Below, in pieces: positions 12,650 to 26,328 of a stretch of DNA of 64,000 nucleotides. The stretch is from assembly GCF_006345805.1 (NCBI RefSeq), contig NC_042998.1:69688001-69752000 (forward strand), written 5' to 3'. This stretch comes from Octopus sinensis. Lineage: Eukaryota. How positions within the stretch are numbered: the first letter of the stretch is position 1; the number at the start of each line of letters is the position of its first letter. A program made the translations under genes and the position numbers. Below the pieces are notes generated by a model. It worked only from the letters and a program-made list of their open reading frames with translations, had not been told where the DNA came from and searched no databases.

Positions 12650-12670
12650 CTTATCTCCTCATCTATCTCT
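12318..12670. repeat. (TATC)n/(TACC)n/(TGTC)n compound microsatellite
   Basis: Directly visible. Confidence 0.95.
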
Positions 12671-13199
12671 CTAAATATGACTATATGAGCGCATTTCTCT
12701 GTGTGCCTGTCTATACATCTTTATGTGTAAGTACATGCACGGTCTCTATCTGTATGTGGGTTCAATCAACTCCATTTAATGTAATCTAAACAAAACAGTA
12801 CCAGGAATCAGTGATCACTCCTGATGACACGGTCACAACTTCTTTCCAGAGGCCAATATTAGACATGCGCATACACAGTACAACAACAACTACAACAGCT
12901 GCAACAGCTGCAGATAATAACAGGAATATCCGCATATCTATACAAATGGGAACATTCATGTAGGTAAGACGTACTCACACAAACACGTACACACAGACAC
13001 ACAGACGCACACACACATACACACACACATACACAATCTTTGGGACTATATAATCCCCAATGTGAATCTAACTTCCTCGAATTGACTGTATATATATATA
13101 TATATATGCCTGTGTATATGTGATCGAAATCGTTGTGATCCCCAATCGACATCTGATGATGAGAATGTCCCGAAGTGTAAGCTGCATGTAACATGAATG

Positions 13200-14110
<911 letters not shown>

Positions 14111-14499
14111 TGTATGTCAACAAGTAATTGACTCCCAGACTCCTGTATTGCCAGAGATGGAGAAGTGTTCGTTTATTGAGACTAGTAAGGGGTGGTGGGG
14201 TGGTGGAGAGGCAATAGTAAAAACCAACGGAAGCAAATTGTAAAACACAAGACCGATAACTACAATGAAAAGAGGAAGCAGAACCGATGTGTCGGCGATC
14301 GATAGTTGTGTCACGTGAGTAGGGGGTTGGTTGGTGTAATGGAGGTTGTGTTAAAGTGCATGTCTTCCTTCAAACTACCCTCAGCATAGCAGCCGGCTGC
14401 AGGCACGTATCGAACTCGGATCGATAGATGTTTCTGTAATTAAGAAGACTGTTAGCAGCTATAGCCGTAGCTGTACGGCACCGATCACCACCACTACCA

Positions 14500-15148
14500 T
14501 TATTACCACAACCACCACTACCCTTCTCGTCCTTCTCTTTCTTCTCTTTTCCAATCGTTGTCTTCACCACCACCACCACAACCACCGCCATTATCACCAC
14601 CACAACCATCACCACTACACTTCCTCCTCCTCCTCCTGCTCTTCTTCTTCATCATCATCATCATCATCATCATCATTGTCTTCGTTGTCGTTATCGTCGT
14701 CGTCTTCACGACCACCACAACCACCATACCACGACCACAATACCACGACGACGACGACGACGACGACGACCACCACCACCACCACCACCCACAACAACAA
14801 CAACAACAAGAACAACATTATCTAAACTAAGAACACTAACAATTGAAATAGAAACCCTCAGAAGCAAAACAAATAAATAAAATCTAATATAAATAATAAC
14901 AGCCCCCCCACCCAACCGCCCCCACAAAAGTATTATTTTCTCAATCCTTTGTATCATCATCATTAGCAACCCTAACAACAACAACAACAGCAACAACAGC
15001 AACCGCAGGAACAGCATCATCATCATTATTATTATCATCATCATCTTCAACAATAACAGCAACAACGATAATAAAAAAATAAAAACAGCATTGCAAGAAA
15101 CAACTCCAGTGAGTTGCAACAACAAACACCACCACCACCACCACCACA

Positions 15149-15216
<68 letters not shown>

Positions 15217-15220
15217 AATA
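14500..15220. repeat. Mixed trinucleotide arrays (CAC, CAT, GAC, CAA, TAC)
   Basis: Directly visible; the ORFs in the track here are repeat translations. Confidence 0.92.
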
Positions 15221-15272
15221 TACAATGTGAGGCAAAAGAAAGAAAAACGGTAGCAACCATAACTAGCACCAC

Positions 15273-15748
15273 AAGTGTTATCATGTACATTGTTTTGTCT
15301 TGGTATAAAAGATGGGCTACAGCAAATATTCTGCTCAATACCACAGATTTGCTTGTCAGTTGTTTGACCTTAACCAGTTGAGCATGTCCCTTAGTGGCTG
15401 ACGATATGTGCATCTCTGATCACGAACAGAAGTAGTGGGGGAGCATCATTGTCATGTGTTGAGAGGGATTCTTTGGGGTTTGAATAATTCACCATCTGGA
15501 AACACGGGTGTTTCGTTCAACATCCTTAAACAGCCCTTATTCAGGGACCTTTTGAGCGGGATGGGTTACTCGACCAGAAGAAAATTCTAACTGGGCCTCA
15601 CCTGCAAGGTGAGATCACCATGTCGCGCACATATGGTTGTGATGCATGGCCTAGTGTACCTTATCAGGCGGGTAGTCATGATGGGTATACTGGGCTTCGT
15701 ATATTTTACCCCAGTGTCATTTTGATGTCATGCACTGCTCTCTCACTC
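15273..15748 (+). mobile_element. Non-coding interspersed element N560, 5'-truncated copy
   Basis: Near-identical to 15844-16378; ends ctctctcactc followed by (AAT)n. Confidence 0.88.
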
Positions 15749-15835
<87 letters not shown>

Positions 15836-15843
15836 TAATAGTA

Positions 15844-16378
15844 AAATGCCCTGATGCAGTACCAGGCAGTGGCTCTCATAGCTTCTGATCTTAACTGATT
15901 GGAAGTGTTATCATGTACATTGTTTTGTCTTGGTATAAAAGATGGGCTACAGCAAATATTCTGCTCAATACCACAGATTTGCTTGTCAGTTGTTTGACCT
16001 AACCAGTTGAGCATGTCCTTAGTGGCTGACGATATGTGCATCTCTGATCACGAGCAGAAGTAGTGGGGGAGCATCATTGTCATGTGTTGAGAGGGATTCT
16101 TTGGGGTTTGAATAATTCACCATCTGGAAACACGGGTGTTTCGTTCAACATCCTTAAACAGCCCTTATTCAGGGACCTTTTGAGCGGGATGGGTTACTCG
16201 ACCAGAAGAAAATTCTAACTGGGCCTCACCTGCAAGGTGAGATCACCATGTCGCGCACATATGGTTGTGATGCATGTGCCTAGTGTACCCTTATCAGGCG
16301 GGTAGTCATGATGGGTATACTGGGCTTCGTATATTTTACCCCAGTGTCATTTTGATGTCATGCACTGCTCTCTCACTC
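15844..16378 (+). mobile_element. Non-coding interspersed element N560, longer copy between (TAA)n arrays
   Basis: A third copy is on the minus strand at 59471-60028. No ORF. (TAA)n on both sides. Confidence 0.88.
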
Positions 16379-16397
16379 AATAATAATAATAATAATA

Positions 16398-16476
<79 letters not shown>

Positions 16477-17489
16477 CATTATTATTATAATATCTACTCT
16501 AGGCACAAAGTGTTGAAAATGTTGGGGGAAGGGGGCTAGTCGATTATATCGACCCCGAAGTTTCACTGTTACTTAATTTATCGCCCCTGAAAACATGAAA
16601 AGTAAAGTAATATAAATAAAATTTCAAAGGTTTTGATGCGTGACTTTTGACCCACCCTTGTACACTTATTGACCCGCGAAGGAATCACTAGCATAATTCT
16701 CAGTGGGATTTGAACCCTGATCAATTTAACTAAATATTATAAGTTGTTTAGCATCAGACCAGCCCTAATCAAGCAAACCTTTAATCAAAGGCATTCTAAT
16801 CGCAACCATTTCCCCCCTATATAAGCTAACAAAGATCAAATATTCCCACCCAATTAGCATGAAAATTAATAATTTCTTATGAATTTTATTCTTATTTTAT
16901 TGAAAGTATCTTCTCCGTTCCTTGAGAATCACCAATAATTGCCGTTAGGTTATGTTATTTCCTTTTCTCTCTAAGAGAATTACGAAACGACTTACGTTGA
17001 AAATTCTTCGATAAATTTTTGAGTACGTCATTTTGGATCCACTAAACTTACAGTGTTTTTTCTCTGACCCCACTCTCCCTTTTACAACGGTTGTTTCATC
17101 TCTGAACTTGCTAACTGTACAAAGTCCAACCAATGCACTCCCACTTTCTTCGCGTGTTCTATTAACTCTTTACACCCCACACCTGCCAACAAATCTTGTT
17201 AAACCCTGGTCAAAGTATTGCTTGATCCTCTGTATCAGAATTGCTGCTGCTCTTAGAAAGCTCAAATCAGCTCCCAAGCGCAGTAATCCTGTTCTCAGTG
17301 ACTGCTACACAGCTCACACTTTCTCTAGCGACATTAATCTACGTCAGAGATCAAGTTAAACGTCAATCCCATTCACACAACCAGTTTAGTAAGGTCCGTA
17401 AATGTTATGGTTGCTTCTCCCCTTATCTTCCTTTATGTAATAAAATTGAACTGACATTTCCGGCTAAATGCGAATACATCTTCGACATT

Positions 17490-17492
17490 TCA

Positions 17493-17590
<98 letters not shown>

Positions 17591-17979
17591 GCTATCTATA
17601 TGATTATTTGCCTCTCAAAGTATCTGATAATCTAAGTAGAGGACATATTAACTAAAACTGATTGAAGAGTAAGAGCTTAGAATTTCTAGCCAAGGTACTT
17701 ATCAAACAGTTAAAAAAAACGTTTGGCACAAGCTCAAGTCCCTTCAGTCTATTTTTGTAACAATTTCAGCTCATATATGCTTTACTTTATGTATAGAGTT
17801 CTTTTCCCTCTTTTGTAAAACAAAATATACCTACCTACCTACCTACCTACCTACCTACCTACCTACCTACCTACCTACCTACCTACCTACCTACCTACCT
17901 AACTAACTAACTAACTATCTATCTATCGATATGCCTGTCTCTCTATCTGTCTGTTTGCCTACTTTATCTACCTACCTAC

Positions 17980-18058
<79 letters not shown>

Positions 18059-18080
18059 GCTATCTATCTAGCTATCTATC
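17490..18080. repeat. (TATC)n and (TACC)n arrays
   Basis: Directly visible at 17490-17600, 17830-17900 and 17960-18080. Confidence 0.9.
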
Positions 18081-18446
18081 TATCCATTTATCTATCGGTT
18101 GGGCTGTTTGTCTGTTTGTCTCTGTCTATCTTTGTTAATGCATCGTGGTTGAGTCTTACGGTTCCATGTAAACACACGCACTGTGTATATTATTTAATAA
18201 TGTACAAAGGAATCAAGTCTCAAACTTCTTGGATCGACCCATCAAGTTAACGTTCATTATTACCAGGTTCTGTATCGCAGAATGCATGATAAGAATTCTC
18301 CAACGTGAGAATTCCAACACTGAACAACACCCAAATAAACGCTGACTTCCTTCAGTGGTTGTTGTTCCTGCTGTTTGATTGTTACATGATCTCCGAGTCA
18401 ACCTGACTGAGGAAACCTAGGATCAAAGGATTTCCAACCGAGACTC

Positions 18447-18743
18447 TCTTTTCTCTTTTACTCTTTTACTTGTTTCAGTAATTTGACTGCGGCCATGCTG
18501 GAGCACCGCCTTTTAATCGAGCAACTCGACCCAGGCACTTATTCTTTGTAAGCCCAGTACTTATTCTATCGGTGTGTTTTGCCGAACCGCTAAGTGACGG
18601 GGACATAAACACACCAGCATCGGTTGTCAAGCAATGCTAGGGGGACAAACACAGACACACAAACACACACACATACACACACACACACACCACACACACA
18701 CACAACACACACACACACACACACACAACACACACACACACAC

Positions 18744-18793
<50 letters not shown>

Positions 18794-18965
18794 CATATAT
18801 ACGACGGGCTTCTTTCAGTTTCTGTCTACCAAATCTACTCACAAGGCTTTGGTCAGCCCGAGGCTATAGTAGAAGACACTTGCCCAAGGTGCCACGCAGT
18901 GGGACTGAACCCAGAACCATGTGGTTGGTAAACAAGCTACTTACCACACAGCCACTCCTGCGCCT
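18447..18965 (-). mobile_element. SINE family S1, full length, little diverged
   Basis: Head aggcgcaggagtggctgtgtggtaagtag...ggttctgggttcagtccc (A/B-box-like), internal (TA)n(TG)n, tail ggtgctccagcatggccgcagtcaaat. Confidence 0.92.
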
Positions 18966-19477
18966 ATCAGTCTGTTGAAATACTTCTAACACTATATGAT
19001 TCAATGCGCCCTTCGGTAGGGTGTAAGAGAAGGGAGATGTGGCTGCTATTTCTGGCAGATCAAGCAACTTCGGAGATGTCCCTTCCGTGGCTCGGCCCAT
19101 AGGAGTGCTTTATGTTACAATTAGATACTCCACCTGTGGCTGTAAAGTCCCTTCACCGCAGTTTCAACGGTAATCTGATACGAATAACCAACCCCATGTC
19201 CAGTGCCGAAATCACTCAACCATTTATGGCCCGGTGTTAAATAGTTAATAATATCAAAGTGATCATTGATACATTACTTCTTTATATAGAGAAACGATCG
19301 GGGTACGACAGATGGTTTGATATACTTAATATTAATGAGGAATTAGAGAAGCAGTGTATCGTATAACAGTTTGTGTTTTTAAACGGATCAGGTGACTCGA
19401 CGGACATAAAACATGTATCAGGTGTTTTTGATTTCAACTCAGCCTCACGTATGGTAAATCTACTACTACACCACACA

Positions 19478-19508
<31 letters not shown>

Positions 19509-19544
19509 GCGCACGCACGCACGCACACATACACACATACACAG

Positions 19545-19709
19545 AGGCGCAGGCGTGGCTGTGCGGTAAGAAGCTTGCTTTCCAACCACACGGTTCCGGG
19601 TTCCGGTCCCACTGCGTGGCTACTTGGACAACTGTTTCTTTCTGTAGCCTCGGGCCGACCAAAGCCTTGTGAGTGTATTTGGTAGATTGAAACTGAAAGA
19701 AGCCCGTCG

Positions 19710-19712
<3 letters not shown>
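19545..19712 (+). mobile_element. SINE family S1, head half only
   Basis: aggcgcaggcgtggctgtgcggtaagaag...gaaactgaaagaagcccgtcgtatat, then (TA)n(TG)n; no tail follows. Confidence 0.88.
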
Positions 19713-19754
<42 letters not shown>

Positions 19755-19949
19755 ATGCATGTATGTGTGTGTGTGTGTGTGTGATTTCTCTGATTTTTCT
19801 ACGATGTACGAGGTGCACTCCAGAAATTTTGATATTTTATTAAGAGAGGCATTTGTAATTATCGTAGATTATTGCATCATAATTTTGAAATATCTATAAA
19901 ACCGCCAAAAGCTTGTTTATTTTTAGGTTTTTTGATTTAGTATTTGTGT

Positions 19950-20592
19950 TGCTTAATATGTTTTGCAAAATTGCTGATTCTTTGCAGATGTCATCAGAAA
20001 AAGGTAATTAAAATTTATTAGAATGACAGATCTATTGGACTTTCAAATAGGGCAAATTGTTGGTGCTCGTATGGCAGGCGCTAGCGTAGCGAAAACAGCC
20101 GAAATGTTCGGTGTATCAAGAAGTACTGTCTCGAAAGTAATGACAGCCGTTGAGAAAGAGGGATAAACCTCCTCGTCGAAACAAAACTCCAAAAGAAAAC
20201 CAAAACTTTCAGATACGGACCGTCGGACTCCTACGCGAATTGTTAGAAAGGATCACAAAAGTACAGCTCCCCAAATTACTGCAGAGCTTAATGACAACCT
20301 CGAAAAACCAGTTTCCACAAAAACTGTTCGCCGTGAGCTGCAGAAAGCTGGATTTCAGAGGAGGGCTGCAATCAGAAAACCACTACTTTCAAAAACAAAC
20401 GTTGCAAAGCGTTTATAGTGGAGTAAAAATCTACAGAATTGGTCCCTAGAGCAGTGGAAGAATGTTATTTTTTCGGACGAGTCATCCTTTACCTTATTTC
20501 CGACTACCGGCCGAGTATACGTGTGGAGACAGCCAAAAGAAGCATTTGACCCAGATTGCCTCCTTAAACATGGAGGACGATCTGTGATTTAA
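19950..20592 (+). mobile_element. Tc1-family transposase remnant (HTH and first catalytic D), truncated
   Basis: From ATG 20023: MTDLLDFQIGQIVGARMAGASVAKTAEMFGVSRSTVSKVM...RKPLLSKTNVAKRL*W...WKNVIFSDESSF...KHGG. Two in-frame stops; no 3' half. Confidence 0.92.
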
Positions 20593-20867
20593 CCATTTAT
20601 CTAAATTTCTCACGAATGATTCTATTAGTTTCGACACTTCAGACAGGCAGAGTGGTCTAACAACCACCTTAAGTTATGCAATTTTCTTTGAAGAGAATGA
20701 AACTGCTTGAGACCTTAGTAATGCAGCTGATGAAGGCTTAATTTTCGTTTTTTCGCTTGTTCTGTGTGTTATGTGTATTTGTGTATTTCTTCACTGACGA
20801 TCACAATCAAATTTTCTCGCATATTTTGTTTTGTTGCACACACACACACATCATCATCATCATCATC

Positions 20868-23800
20868 ATCGTTTAACGTCCGTTTTCCGCGCTAGCACGG
20901 GTTGGACGGTTCGACCGGGGTCTGGGGAGCCAGGGGCTGCCCCAGGCTCCAGTCTGGTCTGGCAGTGTTTCTACAGCTGGATGCCCTTCCTAACGCCAAC
21001 CACTCCGCGAGTGTAGTGGTTGCTTTTTACGTGCCACCTGCACAGGTGCCAGAGAGGTCTGGCATCGGCCACGATCGGTTGGTGCTTTTTATGTGCTACC
21101 GGCACAGAAGCCAGTCAAGGCGGTGCTGGCATCGGCCACGTTCGAATGATGCTTTTTATGTGCCACCGGCACAAAAGCCATTCGAGGCAGGGTTGGCATC
21201 GGTCACGTTCGGATGGTGCTTTTTATGTGCCACCGGCACAGAGCCAGTGGAGGCTGCACTGGCAACGGCCACGTTCGGATGGTGCTTTTTATGTGTCACC
21301 GGCACAGGTATCACAACTACTGTTTCCATTGATATTTGGTTCGGTGTTCATGTACATGCACTTGACTCAACAGGTCTCCTCAAGCACAGCGAGATGTTCC
21401 GGGATCCCACGATCGGTTGGTGCTTTTTATGTGCCACCTGCACAGAAGCCAGTCGAGGCGGTGCTGGCGTCGGCCACGCTCGGATGGTGCTTTTTATGTG
21501 CCACCGGCACAAGAAGCCAGTCGGGGCGGTGCTGGCATCGGCCACGTTCGGATGGTGCTTTTTATGTGCCACCGGCACAGAAGCCATTCGAGGCGGGGTT
21601 GGCATCGGTCACGTTCGGATGGAGCTTTTTTATGTGCCACCGGCACAGAAGCCAGTGGAGGCTGCACTGGCAACGGCCACGTTCGGATGGTGCTTTTTAT
21701 GTGTCACCGGCACAGGTATCACAACTACTACTGTTTCCATTGATATTTGGTTCGATTCTCATGTACATGCACTTGACTCAACAGGTCTCCTCAAGCACAG
21801 CGAGATGTTCCGGGATCCCACGATAGGTTGGTGTGTGCCACCGGCACAGAAGCCATTCGAGGCGGGGTTGGCATCGGTCACGTTCGGATGGAGCTTTTTA
21901 TGTGCCACCGGCACAGAAGCCAGTGGAGGCTGCACTGGCAACGGCCACGTTCGGATGGTGCTGGCGGGGTTGGCATCGGTCACGTTCGAATGGAGCTTTT
22001 TATGTGCCACCGGCCCAGAAGCCAGTGGAGGCTGCACTGGCAACGGCCACGTTCGGATGGTGCTTATCACAACTACTACTGTTTCCATTGATATTTGGTT
22101 CGATTCTCATGTACATGTACATGCACTTGACTCAACAGGTCTCCTCAAGCACAGCGAAATGTTCCGGGATCCCACGATCGGTTGGTGCTTTTTATGTCCC
22201 ACCGGCACAGAAGCCAGTCGGGGCGGTGCTGGCATCGGCCACGTTCGGATGGTGCTTTTTATGTGCCACCGGCACAGAAGCCATTCGAGGCGGGGTTGGC
22301 ATCGGTCACGTTCGGATGGTGCTTTTTATGTGCCACCGGCACAGAAGCCAGTGGAGGCTGCACTGGCAACGGCCACGTTCGGATGGTGCTTTTTATGTGT
22401 CACCGGCACAGGTATCACAACTACTGTTTCCATTGATATTTGGTTCGATGTTTATGTGCCACCGGCACAGAAGCCATTCGAGGCGGGGTTGGCATCGGTC
22501 ACGGTCGGATGGTGCTTTTTATGTGCTACCGGCACAGGAGCCAGGGGAGGCTGCACTGGCAACGGCCACGTTCGGATGGTGCTTTTATGGGTCACCGGCA
22601 CAGGAATCACAACTACTGTTTCCATTGATATTTGGTTCGATGTTCATGTACATGCACTTGACTCAACAGGTCTCCTCAAGCACAGCGAGATGTTCCGGGA
22701 TCCAAGGTACTTTGGATGGGCAGGGGGTATGCGGAACTGGTGCCGGAAGCATCTCGAGTCTTAGTAGTCACAGCACATTTCCAGAGATCTCGGTCCTTCG
22801 CCATTGCCTCAGTGAGGCCCAACGCTCTGAGGTCATGCTTGACTACCTCATCCCATGTCTTCCTGGGTCTACCTCTTCCCATGATTCCTTCAACTGTTCG
22901 GGAGTAGCACTTCTTCACACATCTCTCCTCATCCATCCGCAGTACATGACCATACCATCGCAAGCGTCGCTCTTGCACACCGCATCTGATGCTTCTTATG
23001 CCTAGCATTTCTCTCAGGGTGCTTACACTCTGTCGTGCATTCACACTGACATTACACATCTAGCGGATCATGCTAGCTTCATTTCTTTCAAGTCTACGCA
23101 TGTCCTCTGCAGTCACGGCCCATGTTTCACTGCCGTGAAGCATGGCAGTTCGCACACATGTATCATACAATCTACCTTTCACTCTGAGTGAGAGACCCTT
23201 TGTCGCCAGTAGGGGTAGGAGCCTTCTAAACTTTGCCCAGGCTATTCGTATTCTAGTGGTGACACTCTCTGTGCATCCACCCCCACTACTAACTTGGTCA
23301 CCCAGGTAGCGGAAACTATCAACTACTTCTAGTTTCTTCCCCTGGAGTGTGATGGAATCTGTTTTTTGAGTATCTGTGGTGTCTATTGTCCCTGTGCATC
23401 TGCCGCACATGAAAGCTATCTTATCAGTTAATTTCCCTTTGATGTTGCTGCACCTCTTATGCGTCCATAGCTTACACTGGGTGCATCTTATGGAGTTTCT
23501 ACCTACACCTTTCCTACAGCTCGAGCAGGGCCACCTGCCCGATGGGGTGTGTGCTGAGTTCGCCTTTCTGCATACTATAACTTTGGTCTTCGCTACATTT
23601 ACTCTAAGGCCCTTAGATTCTAACCCTTGTTTCCACACTCGAAATTTCTTTTTTAGTTCCGGTAGTGATTCTGCTATGAGGGCCAGATCATCAGCATAGA
23701 GGAGCTCCCAGGGGCTACCTGTTTTGAATTCCTCTGTTATTGCCTGGAGGACTATGATGAATAAAAGGGGACTGAGGGCCGAGCCCTGGTGTACACCTAC

Positions 23801-24682
23801 TTCAACCCGGAATTCTTCACTATATTCGTTGCCAATCCTAACCTTGCTGACGGCCTCTCTGTATAGAGCCTGTACAGCCCTTATTAGTCATTCGTCAGTC
23901 AACAGTTTTCGCATCGACCACCAGATAAGGGATCGGGGAACCCTGTCAAAGGCTTTCTCCAAGTCCACAAAAGCTATGTAGAGGGGTGTATCTTTAGCTA
24001 GGTACTTCTCCTGCAGTTGTCGGACCAGGAATATAGCATCAGTGGTGCTTCTACCTGGCACAAAACCGAACTGCATCTCATCTAAGCAAATTCTCTCCCT
24101 AATGAGATGGGTTATGACCCTCTCTGTGGTCTTCATCACCTGATCCAACAGTTTAATACCCGTGTAGTTATTTCTATCTAGAGCATCACCCTTACCCTTG
24201 TAGCAGTTGACAATGGTGCTGCTACGCCAGTCATTGGGTATGACTCCATTGTGAACTACCTGGTTAACAATACGGGTGACTAGGCCATAGCCCACATAGC
24301 CAGCTGTTTTAAGCATCTCAGCAGTGATTCCTGATGGGCCGGGAGCTTTACCCGGTTTCATATCCTTAATTGCTTTATCTACTAGGGAGCCGTCTATTCG
24401 GATAGCTGGTCCCTCTACTGGGTCAACATTTGGCAGGCTCTCTTCCTCCCATTCATTCTCCACATTCAGCAGTCTTTCATAATGGCTTCTCCAAGCCTCT
24501 TTCTTTTCACCAACATTAAAGGCAAGTGCCCCATCATCCATGCGGACACATTTCTCTCCTGTAACATCACTATTTTCTCTCACACACTGTCTAGCAATCC
24601 GAAATACCTCAGTTCTTTGGTCCTCACGTCGCTGGACATTGGCAAACTTCTTCTTTTCTGCTATATCTTTGGCTATGTACAC
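20868..24682 (-). mobile_element. 5'-truncated RTE-clade LINE with an expanded 3' UTR and (GAT)n tail
   Basis: KAPGPSGI, QFGFVPGRSTTDAIF, DLEKAFDRVP, GVHQGSALSPLLF, LLYADDL, FRYLGD, LYDTCVRTAMLHGSETW, RLRWYGHV. The 3' end aacggacgttaaac is followed by (gat)n. Two Trp-to-stop changes at ~23889 and ~23061. Confidence 0.95.
21031..22710. repeat. Higher-order minisatellite: 67 bp units A/B/C plus a ~130 bp spacer D
   Basis: Unit starts at about 21093(A) 21160(B) 21227(C) 21293(D) 21431(A) 21498(A) 21566(B) 21634(C) 21701(D) 21835(B) 21902(C) 22004(C) 22064(D) 22195(A) 22263(B) 22330(C) 22397(D, short) 22456(B) 22523(C) 22590(D). Confidence 0.93.
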
Positions 24683-24691
24683 ATGTAGATG

Positions 24692-24726
<35 letters not shown>

Positions 24727-25149
24727 ATTTGTCTATGTGTATCTTGTGTGGTTTGGGACTTATGCTTTTGTACGTGCATGTGTGTGTTATTAAGACAAAA
24801 ATAAAATTTGTAGTTCAATTATCACAACAGTGAGTTAACATTAAAAAAAAAAATCTTCAATCGTTTCGTTTCTTTTGTAACTTGATTTACAACACATCAT
24901 GAACAGGAGGTTTACTTGTAGTTTCCCCATCGCAGATAGCCGACTGACATAGCGTGGCATCTACAAATGTCGAAGTAGTTTGCTTCTAATCTTATTCTTC
25001 GCTATTCCCTTGAAGAGAATTCAATCCGATTTCAGCCATAGAAATCGGTTTACTTGTCGAGAGCTACGAACGTAATTCTGTGTTTGTGACTCTACGAGAA
25101 GAGAGAAGAATTTTGAACGATTAAGAAATGCCAGTGATTGAATTCATTC

Positions 25150-25183
<34 letters not shown>

Positions 25184-25249
25184 CGTATGTGTGTATGTAT
25201 ATATATACATGTATATATATACATGTATATATATATATATATATATATC

Positions 25250-25324
<75 letters not shown>

Positions 25325-25344
<20 letters not shown>

Positions 25345-25660
25345 GTGAAGGCACATGGCTCAGTGGTTAGAGTGTCGGGCTCACAAACGTTAGGTAGTGA
25401 AAATTCGATTCCGGACCGGACTGTGTGTTGTGTTTTTGAGCAAGGCACTTTATTTCACTTTGCTCTTGATCACACAGCTGTAGAAATGAGTTGCGACGTT
25501 ACTGGTACCAAGCTGTATTAACCTTTGCCTTTCTCATGGGTAACATCGGTGCCAGGGTGGTATGCATGTACGACTACTGGTCTTCCATAAACAACCTTTT
25601 CCTCGGAGGGTAACATTCTAGGTGTAATCTCATGGTCATGACTGAAGGGGGTCTTTACCC
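25325..25660 (+). mobile_element. tRNA-derived SINE, old copy related to S3
   Basis: tggctcagtggttagagtg (A-box), attcgattcc (B-box), ttgagcaaggcactttatttcac...cagctgtagaaatgag. Confidence 0.78.
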
Positions 25661-25707
25661 TTTATGCCTGTCCGTCCGCCCAACCGCCTGTCTATCTATC
25701 TATCTAT

Positions 25708-25752
<45 letters not shown>

Positions 25753-25879
25753 TGTCTGTCTGTCCATCTAGCTATCTTTATTATATTATGTTTACAAGCA
25801 GTTGTACATATGACTACTGCTGTTATGGTTAGAGCTCTACGTAGATTTTCATTTTGGTTTTGTACTTAGTGTTGTACTA

Positions 25880-26224
25880 GAGAATGTCTAAGAAACCATA
25901 CGAAAATTATGTTTGTTTTAAAACTTGAAAATACATAGAAAGTATTTTGTGTAGGATATGAGGAGTTCCCATGAGCACTATCTTTTGAATTTCTGCCATT
26001 TTTGGGTTTCCTGGTATCTGAGTTAGGTAGCAATCAGCCCCTTTTGCTATCATTCCCAGGGCACCTATGAGAACAGGTATTGTTTTAGTCTTCAGGTTCC
26101 ACATTTTGCTGATTTCTATTTCAAGATCTTTATATTTGCTCAGTTTTTGGTTGGTTTTGACAGATACGCTTATATCGATTGGGACAGTCATATCAATGAG
26201 GAGGCATGATTTTTGTCTGAAGTT
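25880..26224 (-). mobile_element. 3' fragment of an RLE (R4/Dong-type) LINE
   Basis: CLLIDMTVPIDISVSVKTNQKLSKYKDLEIEISKMWNLKTKTIPVLIGALG...IQKIVLMGTPHIL; its 5' junction abuts (TAT)n. Confidence 0.9.
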
Positions 26225-26288
26225 TATTATTATTATTATTATTATATTATTATTATTATTATTATTATATTATTATTATTATTATTAC

Positions 26289-26325
<37 letters not shown>

Positions 26326-26328
<3 letters not shown>

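Noticed and set aside
19160-19185. U2 snRNA similarity (aatctgatacg)
   Set aside because: Only ~10 matching bases; the flanks do not match U2.
19800-19835. tacgaggtgcactcc as the left TIR of the Tc1 remnant
   Set aside because: No matching right TIR in the window, and it resembles mariner-type ends rather than clearly belonging to this transposase.
20695-20745. Hammerhead at gaaactgc...gcagctgatgaagg
   Set aside because: The pairing ctgc/gcag closes directly onto CUGAUGA, leaving no cleavage triplet or stem I.
21031-22710. CRISPR-like repeat-spacer array
   Set aside because: The intervening sequences are themselves repeated variants rather than unique spacers; there are no cas genes and the context is a eukaryotic LINE.
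20902-22764. 620 aa ORF (and the overlapping 268 and 390 aa ORFs) as a Cys-rich repeat protein gene
   Set aside because: It is antisense to the RTE 3' UTR. The 67 bp unit has almost no stop codons and is not a multiple of three, so all frames stay open and cycle through the same peptides.
23059-23890. APOBEC-like editing suggested by two Trp-to-stop (TGG to TGA/TAG) changes in the RTE
   Set aside because: Two transitions cannot be distinguished from ordinary decay without the family consensus.
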